A stretch of DNA of 64,000 bases from Tubiluchus corallicola (GCA_030141605.1 JAQGDQ010000525.1:62001-126000); one strand, 5' to 3'; counted from the stretch's first letter, positions 39,901 through 53,479 are shown. Translations and numbers: made by a program. The notes: a model not told the origin generated them from the sequence alone.

Positions 39901-42900
39901 GCCAGTGTGGCTAGCTGCGAGCAGTGTTTTTCTAAGTTGAAATATCTTCATCCAGCTATAAGCAATCATAGACTCACTAACTTAGCGATTCTTTGTATTG
40001 AAAGAGAATATACGGAATCGTTTGATGTTGAAGAGATTGAAAAGATCATAAAGAACTTTGCAATTTGAAAAGTTAGAATGTTAAACACCTAATTGTTCAG
40101 TGTTTTCCTATTTTGATTATTTACGTTCAGTATAAACATTAGTCCAAAGTGTCTTACATTTAAGGAAGGGAGTGACAATTTGGCTGCAGCACAGGGTGAC
40201 CAAATCCCCTGCTACACCATTGTTTTTGTATCATTAGAAACTGTATTATGCTGTAATTCTGTTTGTATTTGCTAACAGCATGCAACGTCCAAAGGTTTGA
40301 TAGCTGGAGATCTGCAGTACATGGAAGATGACGACAATTTCGTGGACTGCAGTGCCAATAAAAATGTAAGTAAGCCAACCTTTTTGTGAGCATAATATCC
40401 TTTTCTTTGAGCACGCCAAATGTCTGGAAACCTGAAAGTTAAGTTGGAAGAGAACGGCCATCACACATAAATGATATTTCAGTATCTTTAGCTGTAGTAG
40501 GTAGAGTCAATCATGTCTCTGTGCCTCTCTCTAGTCACACTTCAAGATGTTGTTTATGCTCTTTTCCCTATGGCATTTTCTTGCTAAACTTCAGTTTTCG
40601 CAGTTCTAGCAGATACTACATGTATGCATTTTGTTTAATTTTTACTGGATAATGTCATACTTGTTGATTTATGTATTATAAGAGTCATTATGTTTTAGGG
40701 ATGTATGATCCCCAGTGATGTCACCACCATAAGTAGAATCCTTTTGACTTATAAATCTTTTCTTACAACTTTCATTACTTGGAAGTAGTTCAATTTTTTC
40801 GTACACTCCAAGCCAGAATCCACATTTGGTGGCCTACTAATCGTGGTTCATTATCAAGGATATCCCTGTAAGATGAATTACTGTATTGCAGAGAAGTGTC
40901 TTGGCCACGTTCAGATGTACGTACATCCTTTATAAGTTAAACAGGAAAATCAGTACAGCGAATGAAGCTGCCAGAGTGAGTATTTTATCAGATGATAAGA
41001 AGTCACTCACGCAGCATGCACACAGAGCCAATTGGCTATGTAACCCTCTACAGTAAAATTATATTGTCACTCCATAAATTCTGTGTTTTGTGAAAATCAG
41101 TTTTATGTAAACTGAAGGCTTTGACACTTTCATGTAAATACTACTTACGATTATTATTTATTTGAATTGAGTATACCAATCCATAATGGACACAATGAAA
41201 CTCATTGTACAATGTTGGGGTGTGATTGATATGTCAAATTTTGCATTCATTGTCTTATAAACAGTTTTTCTGTACTTTTATTTTGTAACTAGTAGTACAA
41301 TACAGTACCTTGCCAAGTACCTTGCAGCATAATGTAATACTGGAATGTTTTTGCTAATCTAGGCAAGCATTGTACTGCTTATGGCTGTCATCTTTAGCCA
41401 GGCCAGTGTGAAAGACGCTGCTGAATTTCAGATTGGCTTTTGTTGTGTATAACTAAAATTAACACAATTAGCTCTAGCCCTAGTTTTAGCACGTTCATAC
41501 CAGAGGTATAATACTTGCAAACGATTGATTAATTAATCGATTGATTCTTGATAGTCCTCACTGTGACAGCTTTTTATTTTATCCTTAACCAGCTTGTTAG
41601 ACATGTGCAGCTCTGCAAAATTTGTGTTGTTGATTGAAAAAGATGCAACTTTTCAGAAACTGCAAGATGAGAATTTCTGCAACAAAATGGGATCTTGCAT
41701 TATTGTAACGGTAAAATTATCATTATCTATAATTTCTTGCGCAAGGCAAAAGGCAGTATCATAATATTGATGTGATATCCTCACCTTGCTCTGGAGATAC
41801 TTCAGAGTTTATCACAATATATTACCACTGATAACATGATATTATTGTCTTTTATCACCAGAGGTAATTTACCCTAAACATTTTTTGCAAAATCTTGGTC
41901 TGCCTACATCATACTTAGCATACCGTACATTAAATGGCTACTGTGAGAAGTCCTTTGCTGCATAAATTGGATGGACTGAAGAAGCACCACCAGATTGCAA
42001 GGTAGTCGTTTGGTACTAAGATACAGTAAACTCACAGTACAGTAATACAAAAATATGTCATGAAAATTATTTAGCCTGTCTAATATTATTTTCACCCAGC
42101 TAGTTTGTTAAATTTTGTAAGACAACTCTTGGACTTTGTCTGCCCTATTTCACAATATATTACCACTGATAACAAATTAGCCATCATCACCAAAGATAAC
42201 TGACCGTACATTCATGCGTTACGTTTTTAGATACTGAAGAGTTTTTCTCAATGTTATTTGGTGGGTAGCATGATTATCAGACGCTGTACTACTACAGTAT
42301 GTTACCTAATAACTAACAACATGTAACAGTACTTACGAAATATACTCCTGTTACAAGCTATGCCTTCACTGCCTTGTTTACAAATCTGTAACCAGTTTTT
42401 AATGTATACATGAACCTTTTTTGAAAACAAGGCACATTTTACTTCTTCAAGAAGCATTGTCAACTGTATGTAGTTATAGTATTGCAGAAAAGGATGGCTA
42501 AAGAGTTGACACTGCACAAAAATATTTAAAAAATTGAGTAAAGTCATTTAAGCACACAGTATGTTATTAGTAAATTTCAAATAAATGTTTTTGTGCGCAA
42601 CAGGTAATTGTGTAACTTTGTAAAGGTTTCAACTAACCTAATCAGAAGATCTGTCCTGTTCTTAATTCAATATTACATCTAGAAAAATTTGTTGATAACT
42701 AGCTCTGTAATTGAGCAACTGCCTTATCCTTACCCAATGATAACTTTCATCTCTTAATCTTGTACTAAGATCATAATGATTATTTAGCATTCTTGATGTT
42801 TTATGGCAAAACACACAAACACACATTCCTGTACATAAAAGTTTTAATATTCTTACCAGAAGTGCTACCTCCAACATTTTTAATAAAACTTTTACTTGCT

Positions 42901-45900
42901 AATGCAATTCATTGTTTTCAGGCCAAAGGTATGCCAGATGTTAACACCAGACTTATGCTTCACAAACTGTGGAGTTCTTTCAACATACCCATTCTGGCCT
43001 TGGTGGACGCTGATCCACATGGCATAGAAATTATGTGTGTGTACAAATACGGTTCTAAGGTAAACCTGCTATGTCTTTTTGTAAAGTGGCTTACATTTTT
43101 GAGAGGTCAAATTCGTTTGTTTCAACCAAAGCAAAGAACACAACCATTTGAGATTTGAGTGTGCTTAGACTGCGAAGTTAAACAACACCAAGCTCTGGTC
43201 AGTAACTCGACAGGTTTTGCCAACAGAGTGGTTTTTGGGTGGGTTTTCCCGTAATGTGGTTATTTATTTTGATGCGGGTGGACGTAAGTGCATTTGTGTG
43301 TGGCTAAGGTACTTTTATCGGTTCACCATCTGATCTTAGAAGATTGTCTTTGACTGTAAACAAAGCTCTTGTCCTGCCACAACCACATACATTAAATATG
43401 CCCTGTTGCTGAATATTGTATCTTACCATACAGCATGCTGAACTGTATCAATATAATAATTCTTTTTAGTCATTTGCTGTTGGTTGTAAATTGTTTCGTC
43501 ATGGTTTTAATTTTTTTAGTCATTGTCTCACGATGCAGACAACCTGACAGTTCCAATGTTGAAGTGGCTTGGCATACTTCCTACAGATTTGAAACGGTAA
43601 GTCTGTGTAATATGTGGAGCAGGAGCTCATCGGATAGTCAAAGTTATTTATTGATTCCTGTAACAGTACGACAGATGTGTTTAATATTACTTCTTATTTG
43701 CACGGTTCGTGCAACACCACAATAGCGCGGCTTTTAACATTAATACCCACTCTTACTGTGCCTGCTGCCACCATGTGAAACGGATGTTAACAATCAGATA
43801 TTTCTGTTCCCATTCAGCTTTATAAAGATACTTCTTAAATGTGTAACTTACCGTCACCTTTTGGGAAGTGTGTAGTTGGTGATTTTACTAAAGCACAATT
43901 CGGTTAGTAGTTTGTCTTAATGTCGCATTTTGTTGGAACACATTAGAGTCATTAAACGAGGCTGTATTGTCAAATTTGACTGCGAGGCTATCATTTGCTT
44001 ACTATTGAACTGCCTGGTTTATAAATCAAAGGTCAAATGTCAGGTCAGGGTTAATGTGTGACTAGTTAGTGAATTTTGAGTCTGGCTTTACCTGGATGTG
44101 TGTGTTTGCAGTATGTGAAAAAAAACAAATATGTAATTTATAGCGAAATTTAGGAAACTCAATCACCAATATCAAAACTGGCAGAAAGCTAATGACGAAA
44201 ATTATGCGATAGAGTTTATGCCCTTTTATAGCTCATGTAACAAATGAATGATCGTTATGTCAAAATTGTATAAAAGAAACAAAATGTGAATGTGAAGAAC
44301 TCGCTGAGCCTGGCTTTGAGCCTTGCGACAACTCGAGCATTTAGCAGCATGGATGCCTGGATTTTGTTCTGGTTATTCTTTCGTGCCAAGTTGTTAGATT
44401 GTACATTTATTGTAATAGAAAACATCTATAAAGGTATTTTGTTATATTATATATTAATTGGTATAATGTATTACTTATATATATATATATATATTATATA
44501 TATTATATATATTATAGTATATTATATATACTATATATATATATATTATATATATATATAACAGAATGCCTCAATAGACGTTTTCTGTTACAATAAATGT
44601 ACAACCCAATAACTTGGCATACAAAAATAAAATTTTGCAAACATTTGAATATATTCACATGTTAGTAAAATTTTATTTTTACGTGATCATGATGTTAAAA
44701 AAAATCTAAATTTATATGTGTGTGCATCTATCCTAAAAGCAATTTGATGAACGACATCTTTGTTAAGTCACAATTTGTAAAAACCATTTTTATTACAGGT
44801 TGAAAATAAGCAGTGATTGCCTAATTCCACTGTCAAAGAGAGACCAAAACAAAGTTCGTGGTTTGATGAAGAGGGAGTATTTGGCCAGTGCAAAAGACTG
44901 GCTTCAACAGGTTGTTTACATTAGGTTTCTGCTTGTTAAAAATTCATTGTGAAAATGACTTTCTAATCACTAACTACAAAAACTCACACGTTTTATAAAC
45001 TACTCAGTAGCAGCTTTCCAGGTGTGCACACTAGGTTTACTTGGCTTATTAAAATTTGGAAAGTGTATCCTCGAGGTAGGTCCGGGCGTGGGGTGATTTA
45101 GTTGCTTTGCTTTTCATGTTTGTCCAAGCATTTGAGCTAGCACACCAAACAGAGTCAGCGGACACAGTTTTTCCTTGCTAGCACCAGCGGTTGAGATGTC
45201 AAGCTGTTGAGCTTGCTGTTTTTGTGCCCAGCAGTATGACAACCTTCTTTCAAGAATGTTTTAGCTTTCAAGAATATAAAACAATGGCATAAATGTGACA
45301 GTGCAACTTGCATGCTCATCTCAAGACCATGACTTCTCTTTAGTTGCCACTTTCTGCGAAGTTCAAGCTTGCCCCGCTCGCATTTTAAAGCATTTGCAAA
45401 AATTTGTTGTCAGCAAAATTTGTGCCTTTTATGAAACGCCTTTAGGACAAACATGCTTAGCGAGAAAATTGTGCATGTTGGTCAAAGAGCTGAGGTCAAG
45501 AGTGCATACAGTATAGCTGTCATGCTGTAGTCAAGGATAGTCATAGTAAACTATACTGAAACCCAGTTGAAATGAGTGTTTGCGTGATTAAGGTAAATTT
45601 CATTCGTTTTTTTTGTAAAACGTAAAATTCTGTGAATTGTTTGCATTTGCATTTATTTAGATGATGTAGTTTTTAGAGTTATGCAAAGTTTTGTTTTACA
45701 TTACTTGTCTGAATACCACCATTTAATGTTATGCAATTTGTTAAGCTACTCAGAAAATTGCAAGTTTTGATGTTTCAGGACAGTTATTATTTCTCACGTC
45801 CAAACAAACTGTTGATAAACGTAGCTATGCCAGTGTAATTCAAATTGTTTAGAATCTACAACACTCTCTATTTCAAACACATTTTTCTCTAGTGGGCATT

Positions 45901-46157
45901 ATTGCTAAATTCTTCAAAAAAATGTCAATTTAAACCAAAATTTCTCAGTGCATTTCTATAGGACTTTGTAGATTTGTATATTGCTTATGTTGGGTCTACA
46001 TGCTGTGCAAGTATACCAGTGCATTTTCTTACATTAGTTGCAGGTAATGCTGATTATGGGGCAGAAGGCAGAGATACAAACACTCTGTAGCATTTCAGAT
46101 AACTTTCTTACTGATGTCTACCTTCCAAATAAAATCAGGTATGGAGGTTGGATTTAG
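36969..46157 (+). CDS. SPO11: Meiotic recombination protein SPO11, 11 coding exons: 36969-37111, 38171-38284, 38584-38666, 39183-39358, 40279-40365, 40699-40735, 41601-41710, 42922-43059, 43520-43596, 44799-44910, 46038-46157; 398 aa
   Basis: Catalytic TKRDIYY, ATSKGLIAGDL, TOPRIM motifs IEKDATFQ and LVDADPHGIEI, KGMPDVNTR, WLGILP, KAEIQ and the C-terminus KIRYGGWI*. Exon phases are consistent (1197 nt). The start codon is less certain. Confidence 0.95.
37195..37580 (+). mobile_element. Non-autonomous Helentron/HINE-like repeat with two internal units of about 140 bp
   Basis: Duplicated AAAAC..TGAAGC.ATAAT..AAACTT.GC.CA.GGATAGG and AGGTCAAAG.TCAAGGTC motifs, which I recall from invertebrate HINE-like repeats. 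The family assignment is inference. Confidence 0.5.
39699..40222 (+). mobile_element. Internally deleted hAT transposon with a dimerisation-domain remnant
   Basis: SVASCEQCFSKLK..RLTNLAILCIERE..IIKNFA (39856-40068). Termini TAGTGGCCTAGC / GCTACACCATTG. Near-perfect 8-bp TSD TATTTGTA / TTTTTGTA. Confidence 0.8.
40736..41600 (+). other. U12-type (minor spliceosome) intron in SPO11 with a GA-AG boundary
   Basis: The 5' end GAATCCTTT matches RTATCCTTT except at +2. Branch point TCCTTAAC lies at 41582-41589, 11 nt before the intron end, with no polypyrimidine tract. Confidence 0.8.
44476..44560. repeat. Imperfect (TA)n microsatellite
   Basis: Directly visible. Confidence 0.9.
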
Positions 46158-46435
46158 AAAACTGTAAAGGCTGTTTGTTATGCCAGGCTTGTCTTTGTCT
46201 CGTGTTTGTACATGATTGATTTGTTATAAGTGCTTGGTATGTGACTTTCTATCATGAATGTTCTTTTCAGTAAAATGCAAGATGATGGATAGATATGCAC
46301 CTTGTTTGAAATAGTCAGCATTACTGTGAATAATAACTTTGATAACTTAACTTGTGTTAAAGGTAGAACTTGTCTAGCTTTGTATTTACATCTGAATGAT
46401 TTGATTGAGTTTTGCCCAACAATTTTTTGTGCATT

Positions 46436-46483
46436 TATTATTATTATTATCATCATCATCATCATCATCATGATTATTATTAT
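46436..46483. repeat. Compound (ATT)n(ATC)n microsatellite
   Basis: Directly visible. Similar (CAT)n tracts occur at 494-540 and about 1350-1530. Confidence 0.9.
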
Positions 46484-48109
46484 TTGTGATTGCTAGCTTG
46501 TTGTGATTCAGCTATTGATAAATCAGCAAGTTTAGTACATCGTTTTTTGAGAAATTGGAGAATCTTTGGATATTTATTAGGCCAGGATTTCATTCATAAT
46601 AAGAGTTCAAAGAATTTCCAGTGCTTATTTTGCAAAAATAAACTTGGGTAAAACTGTCGTCACCAGAATTTGCCTGGGTGATGATGAATTCTGATTATGG
46701 CTTTTGAATGCACACGAGTGCTGCATTAAGAAAAATGTTGTCTAACGCTCTGTCTGAGTTTATAAGTTCGAAGATTGATTTGTTTGATTTTCAAACTGAA
46801 TCCATAAAGTACATTGTTCTGGTAAATCCAGGTAAGAATTTGTAAAAATAAGAAAATAAGATAATGAATCATTTATTTATTGTTTTAGAAGTTTGTGAGT
46901 ATTTGTTAAGTCTCTGTTACTAAACTAGACTTGCCTGTTAATTATTATTTAACTTAAATGCATTTACTTGTTGACTTTTTGTTCCCTATTTCATTTTGTG
47001 TTGACAATAAAAAACATATTTTAAATTATTGATGATTATCATTATTATTGATAAATGACTTCATTAAGCATTTTTTCTGTTTACTAAAACAGCTTTTTTG
47101 CAAACTGTTTAGCATTGATTTAGAAGTGCTTTACTAGTGCAAAATGTTAATTGCTCTTGAAGATGTTCCTTTCTGATCATTTTTTCTTGGTGCTTCTTCT
47201 GATTTTTTTTCTGCACTTCTCCACAGTTTTAAAGCTCTCAAAGTGAAATTATGAAAATTGGGTCAGATTAGGATCAGAAGCCATAACATTTTCTCAAACA
47301 TGCCAGCTTTGATATCTCGTTGATCTACTGTCACATTGAGCAGTATTTCTTCTGCATAAATAGACAGTAAACAATCAATGCTTGTTACAAAGGTGCACCG
47401 CACTTCAAGGAAATAACCTACAAAATTTTATTACTGCTGAATTTTTGTCCACCAGAGGTCAGGCTACTGTAATGCACAGGAACAGTTAGTAGTGATGTGC
47501 ATAGCTTAATTAAGGTGCAGAAAGTTCATTAATCAATTAATGGTGACATTTTCGAGTCGGTAAAGTTAAGAAAAGCAAATTATCGCACTTTTACAGGAAA
47601 TCTTCACATTTATGCAAAAAGATAAAAATCATAATGTGTATAATTAAGAGCATCACCATTGTTGAATAGTACATAATGGAAGAAACACGGCCAGTTTAGC
47701 AGCAGAATGTGCACGATGTGGAATGTTTGTAGGTTTAGCGATTGAATGTAGCGATTGCAGGTTGTATATTTAGGCTATCTGTAGACTAATGTGTATGACT
47801 CTAGGTAGTGTGTAATAATATTAAGATTGGTGGGAGTTTGAGACATGCCAAAAGATCTTTCACCATGTACAGTGATTTAGGCCCAGCAAAATAGTTCTGC
47901 TATAACCTAGTGAGTTATGATATATCAATAAATATTCATAATACCACTGTTAATAAATCGTTCAATTTTTGTACTTATTATAATTCTTGTACCTAAACTC
48001 ATTATTGAATTTGGAATTAAAGTAAAAGTTTAATAATTATTAAATCAATAAACTGTTACACATGAGTATTGCGGTGCTGATTACAATAATTAATATAATT
48101 GTTTGTATG

Positions 48110-50294
48110 CTAAATAAAGAATGAAGATGCAAGGAGCATTATAACAATTGAAATTAAAGTCACTTCATGTTGAGCAGCCATTGCTAATTTAGCTAATTTG
48201 CAGTCTGTTCCAAACTCCTCTATTTTGATCGGATTGGTCTTATGATTTCTTTTTGGCTTGGCACAGTCAATTTCAGAAAGCTTCAAACTGCGTGCTTTCA
48301 TCCAGTAAGCAGAGCAATCACAAACTAGTGGGTTATCTATAAGAAGAGAATTGTAAATGTTAATGAAAACTTGCAAAAACACTTTTGGTGCAAAATGGGA
48401 AACAAATTTGTTATTGTTACCACCAATGATTAGATTACATTTATTATATACAATGCCAATGTGTTCATGTACATACAGAACAATATGTAACATACACAAT
48501 TTATAAATCATCAGTAGATTAAGACACATCAAGTCAACGCTATAAGAAAACTTGTGCAGTGTTAACTTAATAAATGACATGAATGAATAGAATTCTGATA
48601 TTCATTCTCAACTCAACTGTATACCAAATTCATGTGGTGAGTGTTAACTTAATAAATGGCATGAATGAATGCAGAAAAAAAGATAATTTAAAGAAAAAAA
48701 CGATGATGAACACAGAAATGAGATAAATGGATGAGAGTTATCGATGAGAATGATACATGTATAATTTTCAAAATCAGATGTAATCAAAGTGGGGTTGGCA
48801 AAAATTATCAAATCTCAAGATTAAAAAAGAAAAAACACAGACATGCAGGGCAGGTATGATCAAATCTGCATACACGCTCACATTTACAACCTCATACACA
48901 TACACTTGCTCACAATGCACTAAAATTCCACGTAGTGTCTTTACTATTTTGCACCTTTAACGATTACAACAAAACCTATGTAACGAAATTGATGTAATAG
49001 CAGCAGTGATAGCTGACGTTTTCTTATTTTCCTGTTTTTTATTTAAATTTATTTCCAGTCATCTTTTCTTTGTGTCCCTTATTTCAGCAACATCTTTAGC
49101 AGTTTCGAATTCTCTGATTTAATAATTTCTTGGACACGTTTTGTTGTCGTGATAAACTTATTTTTATTTTTTTATCATAGTACTTTCAATTAACGTTGCA
49201 TGTGATATTAACACGAGGTTATCACATTACAAATCAGTACATCCGTCCCCATTTGCCTCCTAAACCTTTTCAAACGAGTTGTGAGAACTGGGTGTCCCAG
49301 TTAAGTGCATAGTAAGGAAAATGGGGATTGTGCAGTTCCAGTTTGCGATGTTATAACTTACCACTACGTATAACTTAGTTCTCGAACCACCAGTAAAAGC
49401 TGGTCTTACAAAAATCATACATATTACTCGATTTTGTTCTGCAGTAAAACCACTAATAATTTGTTAAAAATTGTGGGAAGAAATCACAGTTAAATTGTGC
49501 TAATTGTATGATGTTTCAAACGTTTTAATGATAAAAAATATACGTGGTTGAATTGCTTAATTTATAATTGTTGGTTCAAATCGAATTCGAACTAGAAAAT
49601 CGAACGTTGGACGTTCACCTCTAGTCCACTTACCTAAGACTTTGAGACTCATAGCAAAGTAGGTTAAGAAGCTAGGTGTCGGATCAGCTATTGTCTCTGC
49701 TCCAGTATTCATTATGTAGTACTTTGTAATGACTTGCGAATGAAATCGATGGCCTGCAAATTCGTTTACATCATCTGTCTCTAAGAGAAACGAAATATCT
49801 ATACGTTTTAACTTCGGACAGTTCTTAATGACCAGTCCCGCGAGTCGATATATTCTTGCAAATGCCAACTTGTGAATATGATTCAGTTCAGGAAGCTGGT
49901 TTATCGTGAGCGTTCCTGAGACATTGGCGCGGATGACTCCTTCTTCATTGAATTTTACAATACGAGAACTTTCCAGAAAGAAATCAACTAGGTGTAAAGG
50001 ACTGAACGAGTTAGTTGGAAGTTCATCGTCTGTATAGTTCATCAACGTGAACCTGTAAATCGGCGTGGGTAGATTGTCTTCCAGCTTTTTAATCTCATGT
50101 CTTTGAATCGCACTGTTTTTCCCGCATGTGACTATGCACGATTGACCTTGTACCGACACGTCATGCTTTTCAAAGTCACACTCTGGTAAGGTTGTTTTGG
50201 CGGTGTCATCACAGGGTACCCTAGCTCTTACCGTACACATTAAAGTGATACATAGGCCTACATTTATCGCTTTCCGATTATGTGTTTGCGACAT
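48110..50294 (-). CDS. Divergent leucine-rich-repeat surface protein, exons 50294-49634 and 48336-48110; 295 aa; probable signal peptide and hydrophobic (GPI-like) C-terminus
   Basis: N-terminal hydrophobic segment, Cys-containing cap, LRR-like segments (LPTNSF, LTINQLPELNHIHKLAF, LVIKNCPKLKRID) and LRR-CT motif DNPLVCDC..YW..C..P. A phase-1 GTAAG/TTCTTATAG intron joins the two ORFs in frame. Confidence 0.7.
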
Positions 50295-50414
50295 GATAGT
50301 GAAGAACAGTAGCAGCGTAATTTGTGCAGCATGCGTTTCTGGCAATTTGTGCTTCCTGACCAAGATTCTGCTTCGATTGTGGATCAATTGTGTGATCATT
50401 AGAAACTTGCAACG

Positions 50415-51512
50415 ACCAAGATGTTTCCAAGTTCATAATTGAGTGCTTCGTTTTTGTATTGTTATGTATTAATGCGTCAGACCGCATTAATAAAGTAGTT
50501 CGGTAACACGCATAATGCATACAGTATAAATGGTGTACTGTATTTCGTTATTTCTACTAGAAATCCAGGTACATCCAGGGCCTATTTCAGCCTAGGCGAG
50601 GCCCGGGGAAGTGGGGCGTGTGAGGCCTCATCGGGGATGGGGCGATGCGCCGGGGGGCGGGCGCCACCATTGTTGGCGCCCAAAAACTTTTTGAACTGCT
50701 AGAACGCCGCAGAAGCATTTTCCAAGAGAAAATATGGAGTTATACAGTTGTTAAAGGAAAGAACAATTAAAAAGGTTTTATTCTCAAGACCAGTCCTTAA
50801 TACTTGTCAATACTGGCAAACGGCGCGCGTGCGGCAAGAATGGGAGAGAGGAGGCAGTATGTTCGCATAAAGCAAAAAAAAATGTTACATTGGCGCGAGG
50901 CCCTGGAGGGTGAGGCCCCGGGGAAGTATCCCCACTTCCCCCCTTGAAATAGGCCCTGGGTACATCAACATAAAACATGGTGTCAGAAGTATAAATTTAG
51001 TGAAAACAAAGTAAATAGAATATGGAGAATCTAAAGCCACCAAAATTTTCCACGGATGAAGTGAACCTCGCCCAGAACTGGAAAGAATTTAAAGCCGAAT
51101 TCAACGTGTTCATGACAGCCGCTGGTAAGCAGAATGAACAGAAAGTTGCGTTGTTAACAACTGTACGCAATGGGCAAGGAATATCAAAAAGTTTTCATCA
51201 ACTTGGACTTGACAGACGACGAAAAGTCTGAATATACAGCAGTTACCGCTAAATTTGACAATTATTTCGAACCACGAAAATTACGTAAAGGGTACATTAC
51301 ACAATTTCAGCAGAGAAAACAAGGTCAGTATGAGAGTATTGCTGAATTTATTACTGCATTTAAAGACATAGCTGTCAATTGCGAATTTTGTGATGGATTA
51401 AATGACTGATTATGTGTTGCAATTAGCAATGGTGTAAGAGACCCAAAGTTAAGAGAAAAACTGTGGAGCGAAGATTTGAACTTAGACGAAATTATTAAAA
51501 GGGTGCAGTTAT
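50415..51512 (+). repeat. Left arm of the ~710-bp inverted repeat (LTR 50422-50977 including the MITE, PBS 50978-50990, gag from 51022)
   Basis: Reverse complement of 58957-59667 once the MITE is removed. Both arms translate to MENLKPPKFSTD... Confidence 0.95.
50576..50958. mobile_element. GC-rich hAT MITE inserted in the left LTR
   Basis: Perfect 14-bp TIR CAGGGCCTATTTCA / TGAAATAGGCCCTG and perfect 8-bp TSD GGTACATC (50568-50575, 50959-50966). The empty site is present in the right arm. Confidence 0.95.
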
Positions 51513-53479
51513 AATGTTCAATTTCTCTATGTCTCCAAAGATTTAAATCATCTTCCGTTGATATAGTTCAGGGGCGGAAGATATGCCCATTTGAAGTCTC
51601 CTGTACATGTATCGGCCAAACGGTGTATTGAACGCTGTTAACAAGCTTGACTCTTCATCAAGTTCTAGTTGGAAATAACGAGAGTTGGCATCTAGCACTG
51701 TGAAATGTTGGCTTCCACTGACACGAGTAATTATATCACCAACAGTATTAATTAGGTAATACTCTCTAAGTAAGGCTTTGTTTAAATCTTTAGGGTCAAT
51801 TGTTAATCTCACATCAACATCTGGGCTTAACCCTTTCTTTTTCACAACATGTAATGAGCTGCACCAAGGTGTGGGAGTACCTACTGGAATTTTTTCAATA
51901 ATTCCCATTTCAACTAGTTCATCTAATTTCTTTTTTGCAGGTTCACGTAAGGCTGCTGGAATGGGCCTTGGGGGGTGAGTAACAGGTTTTACAGATTCAT
52001 TACATTTTAATGAAACTTTACCAGGCATTTTTCCAATACCCTGAAACACATCTATATATTCATACAATAAAGCTCTAACTGCAGGATATGGGCATTTTCA
52101 ATGCTTTCATGCACTTGCGCGTTTTTATGTAGGCCTATGTTCAACAGGATTAACTCTTTGCAACAATTTTAGCTTAAGACTAGTTTCTAAACTAAGTATA
52201 TTTGGTACACTGCCGTTTACTAGTTCACATTTCAACAAATAATTTGCTCCTTTGTACACAACTGGTAATTCAACAACACGTAAAGGTTTAATGGGTGCAC
52301 TATCAAAACCATAGATAACTGTATTGGATTTAGTTATTTTAGGTATACATTGTATCATACTGCTTTTTCGAAATTACATTTACATCTACAGCTGAATCTA
52401 TCTTAAAGCTCATACTGCCGCCATCACGAAGTTTGAAATTCACAGTCCAGGCTTTCTTGCTGTCATTTGATCGACATGAAGCCTGATTTGTTTTGTTACA
52501 CCAAATGAATGACTTATCTAGACAGTTATCATAATTAGTATTGCTTGAGTCATCATTAACACTTAGGTTATCTACAGACCTACTCAGATCATTTTCACCA
52601 TACATGCAAGCATCATTATGTGAAAAATTCTGTGATTCAACACAATTTACTCTTTTTCTGCATACTCTTGCAAAATGATTGTATCGTTAGCAAAAATTAC
52701 ATTGCTGCCGCCATGCTGGACATTTTCTCGGTGGATGTGAATAACCACAGCTGTAGCATGTACTATCATGAATTCTGAAGCGTTGATTAAAACTGTGGTC
52801 ACTATTCTGCATGTATTTTCCTCGCTGTGAAGTATTGCTACGCTGTTGCTGGAACAACGCTGAGTCATGACGCTGCTGATTTTTGCTACTCGGCAAAACT
52901 GACTGTTGTCGGTCATTTGTTGAAAAATCATGTCGCTGAATGTTGTGGTACCTAGTGAAGTGCAACATGGCGGTTTTGGTGCCTCGTCGAAATCCCGCAT
53001 TCCTATAAAATCTCCTTTTTTTCGTGTACACGTAGCGTTTTTAAGTGCGCAAATATTGAAAAGCGGTTTAGAAAGCGCTGAATATTGTTGAAACAGTGTT
53101 TATGTAAACAGTTGCGATTGCGGTTGCAGAAGTAATTTGAATATTTAGGCGATAAAATGATTGAGATAATGGTCATGCAATTACAAATGGCGGAAGAGTG
53201 ATTAAACATTTTTTTTGCTTGTGTGGAGTTACCTTGCACATTGTGTTTTTTCGCTATCAGCTACTAACAAATACGGGCCGTCTATTTGAACTTGGTTTGC
53301 AGTGTTACCTGGGGTGGACCCGCCTGGGACGAAGATTGGGCATGCTTCTTAGCTAGTTTAGACTAAAACTTGAAAAAGTAGTAAGTAGTGCGAGTAGGTA
53401 GTACCAAAATCCTTGCATTGTGGCGTCTTTTGCACTTTGAAACCTTACCTGAATGAGTGTTTTTTTTTGAAAATTTGAA

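Noticed and set aside
41812-42175. Repeated CACAATATATTACCACTGATAACA
   Set aside because: Two short intronic copies, probably repeat debris. No termini or function can be supported.
48559-48670. Repeated 30-mer GTGTTAACTTAATAAATG.CATGAATGAAT as a CRISPR-like array
   Set aside because: Only two copies, in a eukaryotic intron. A local duplication.
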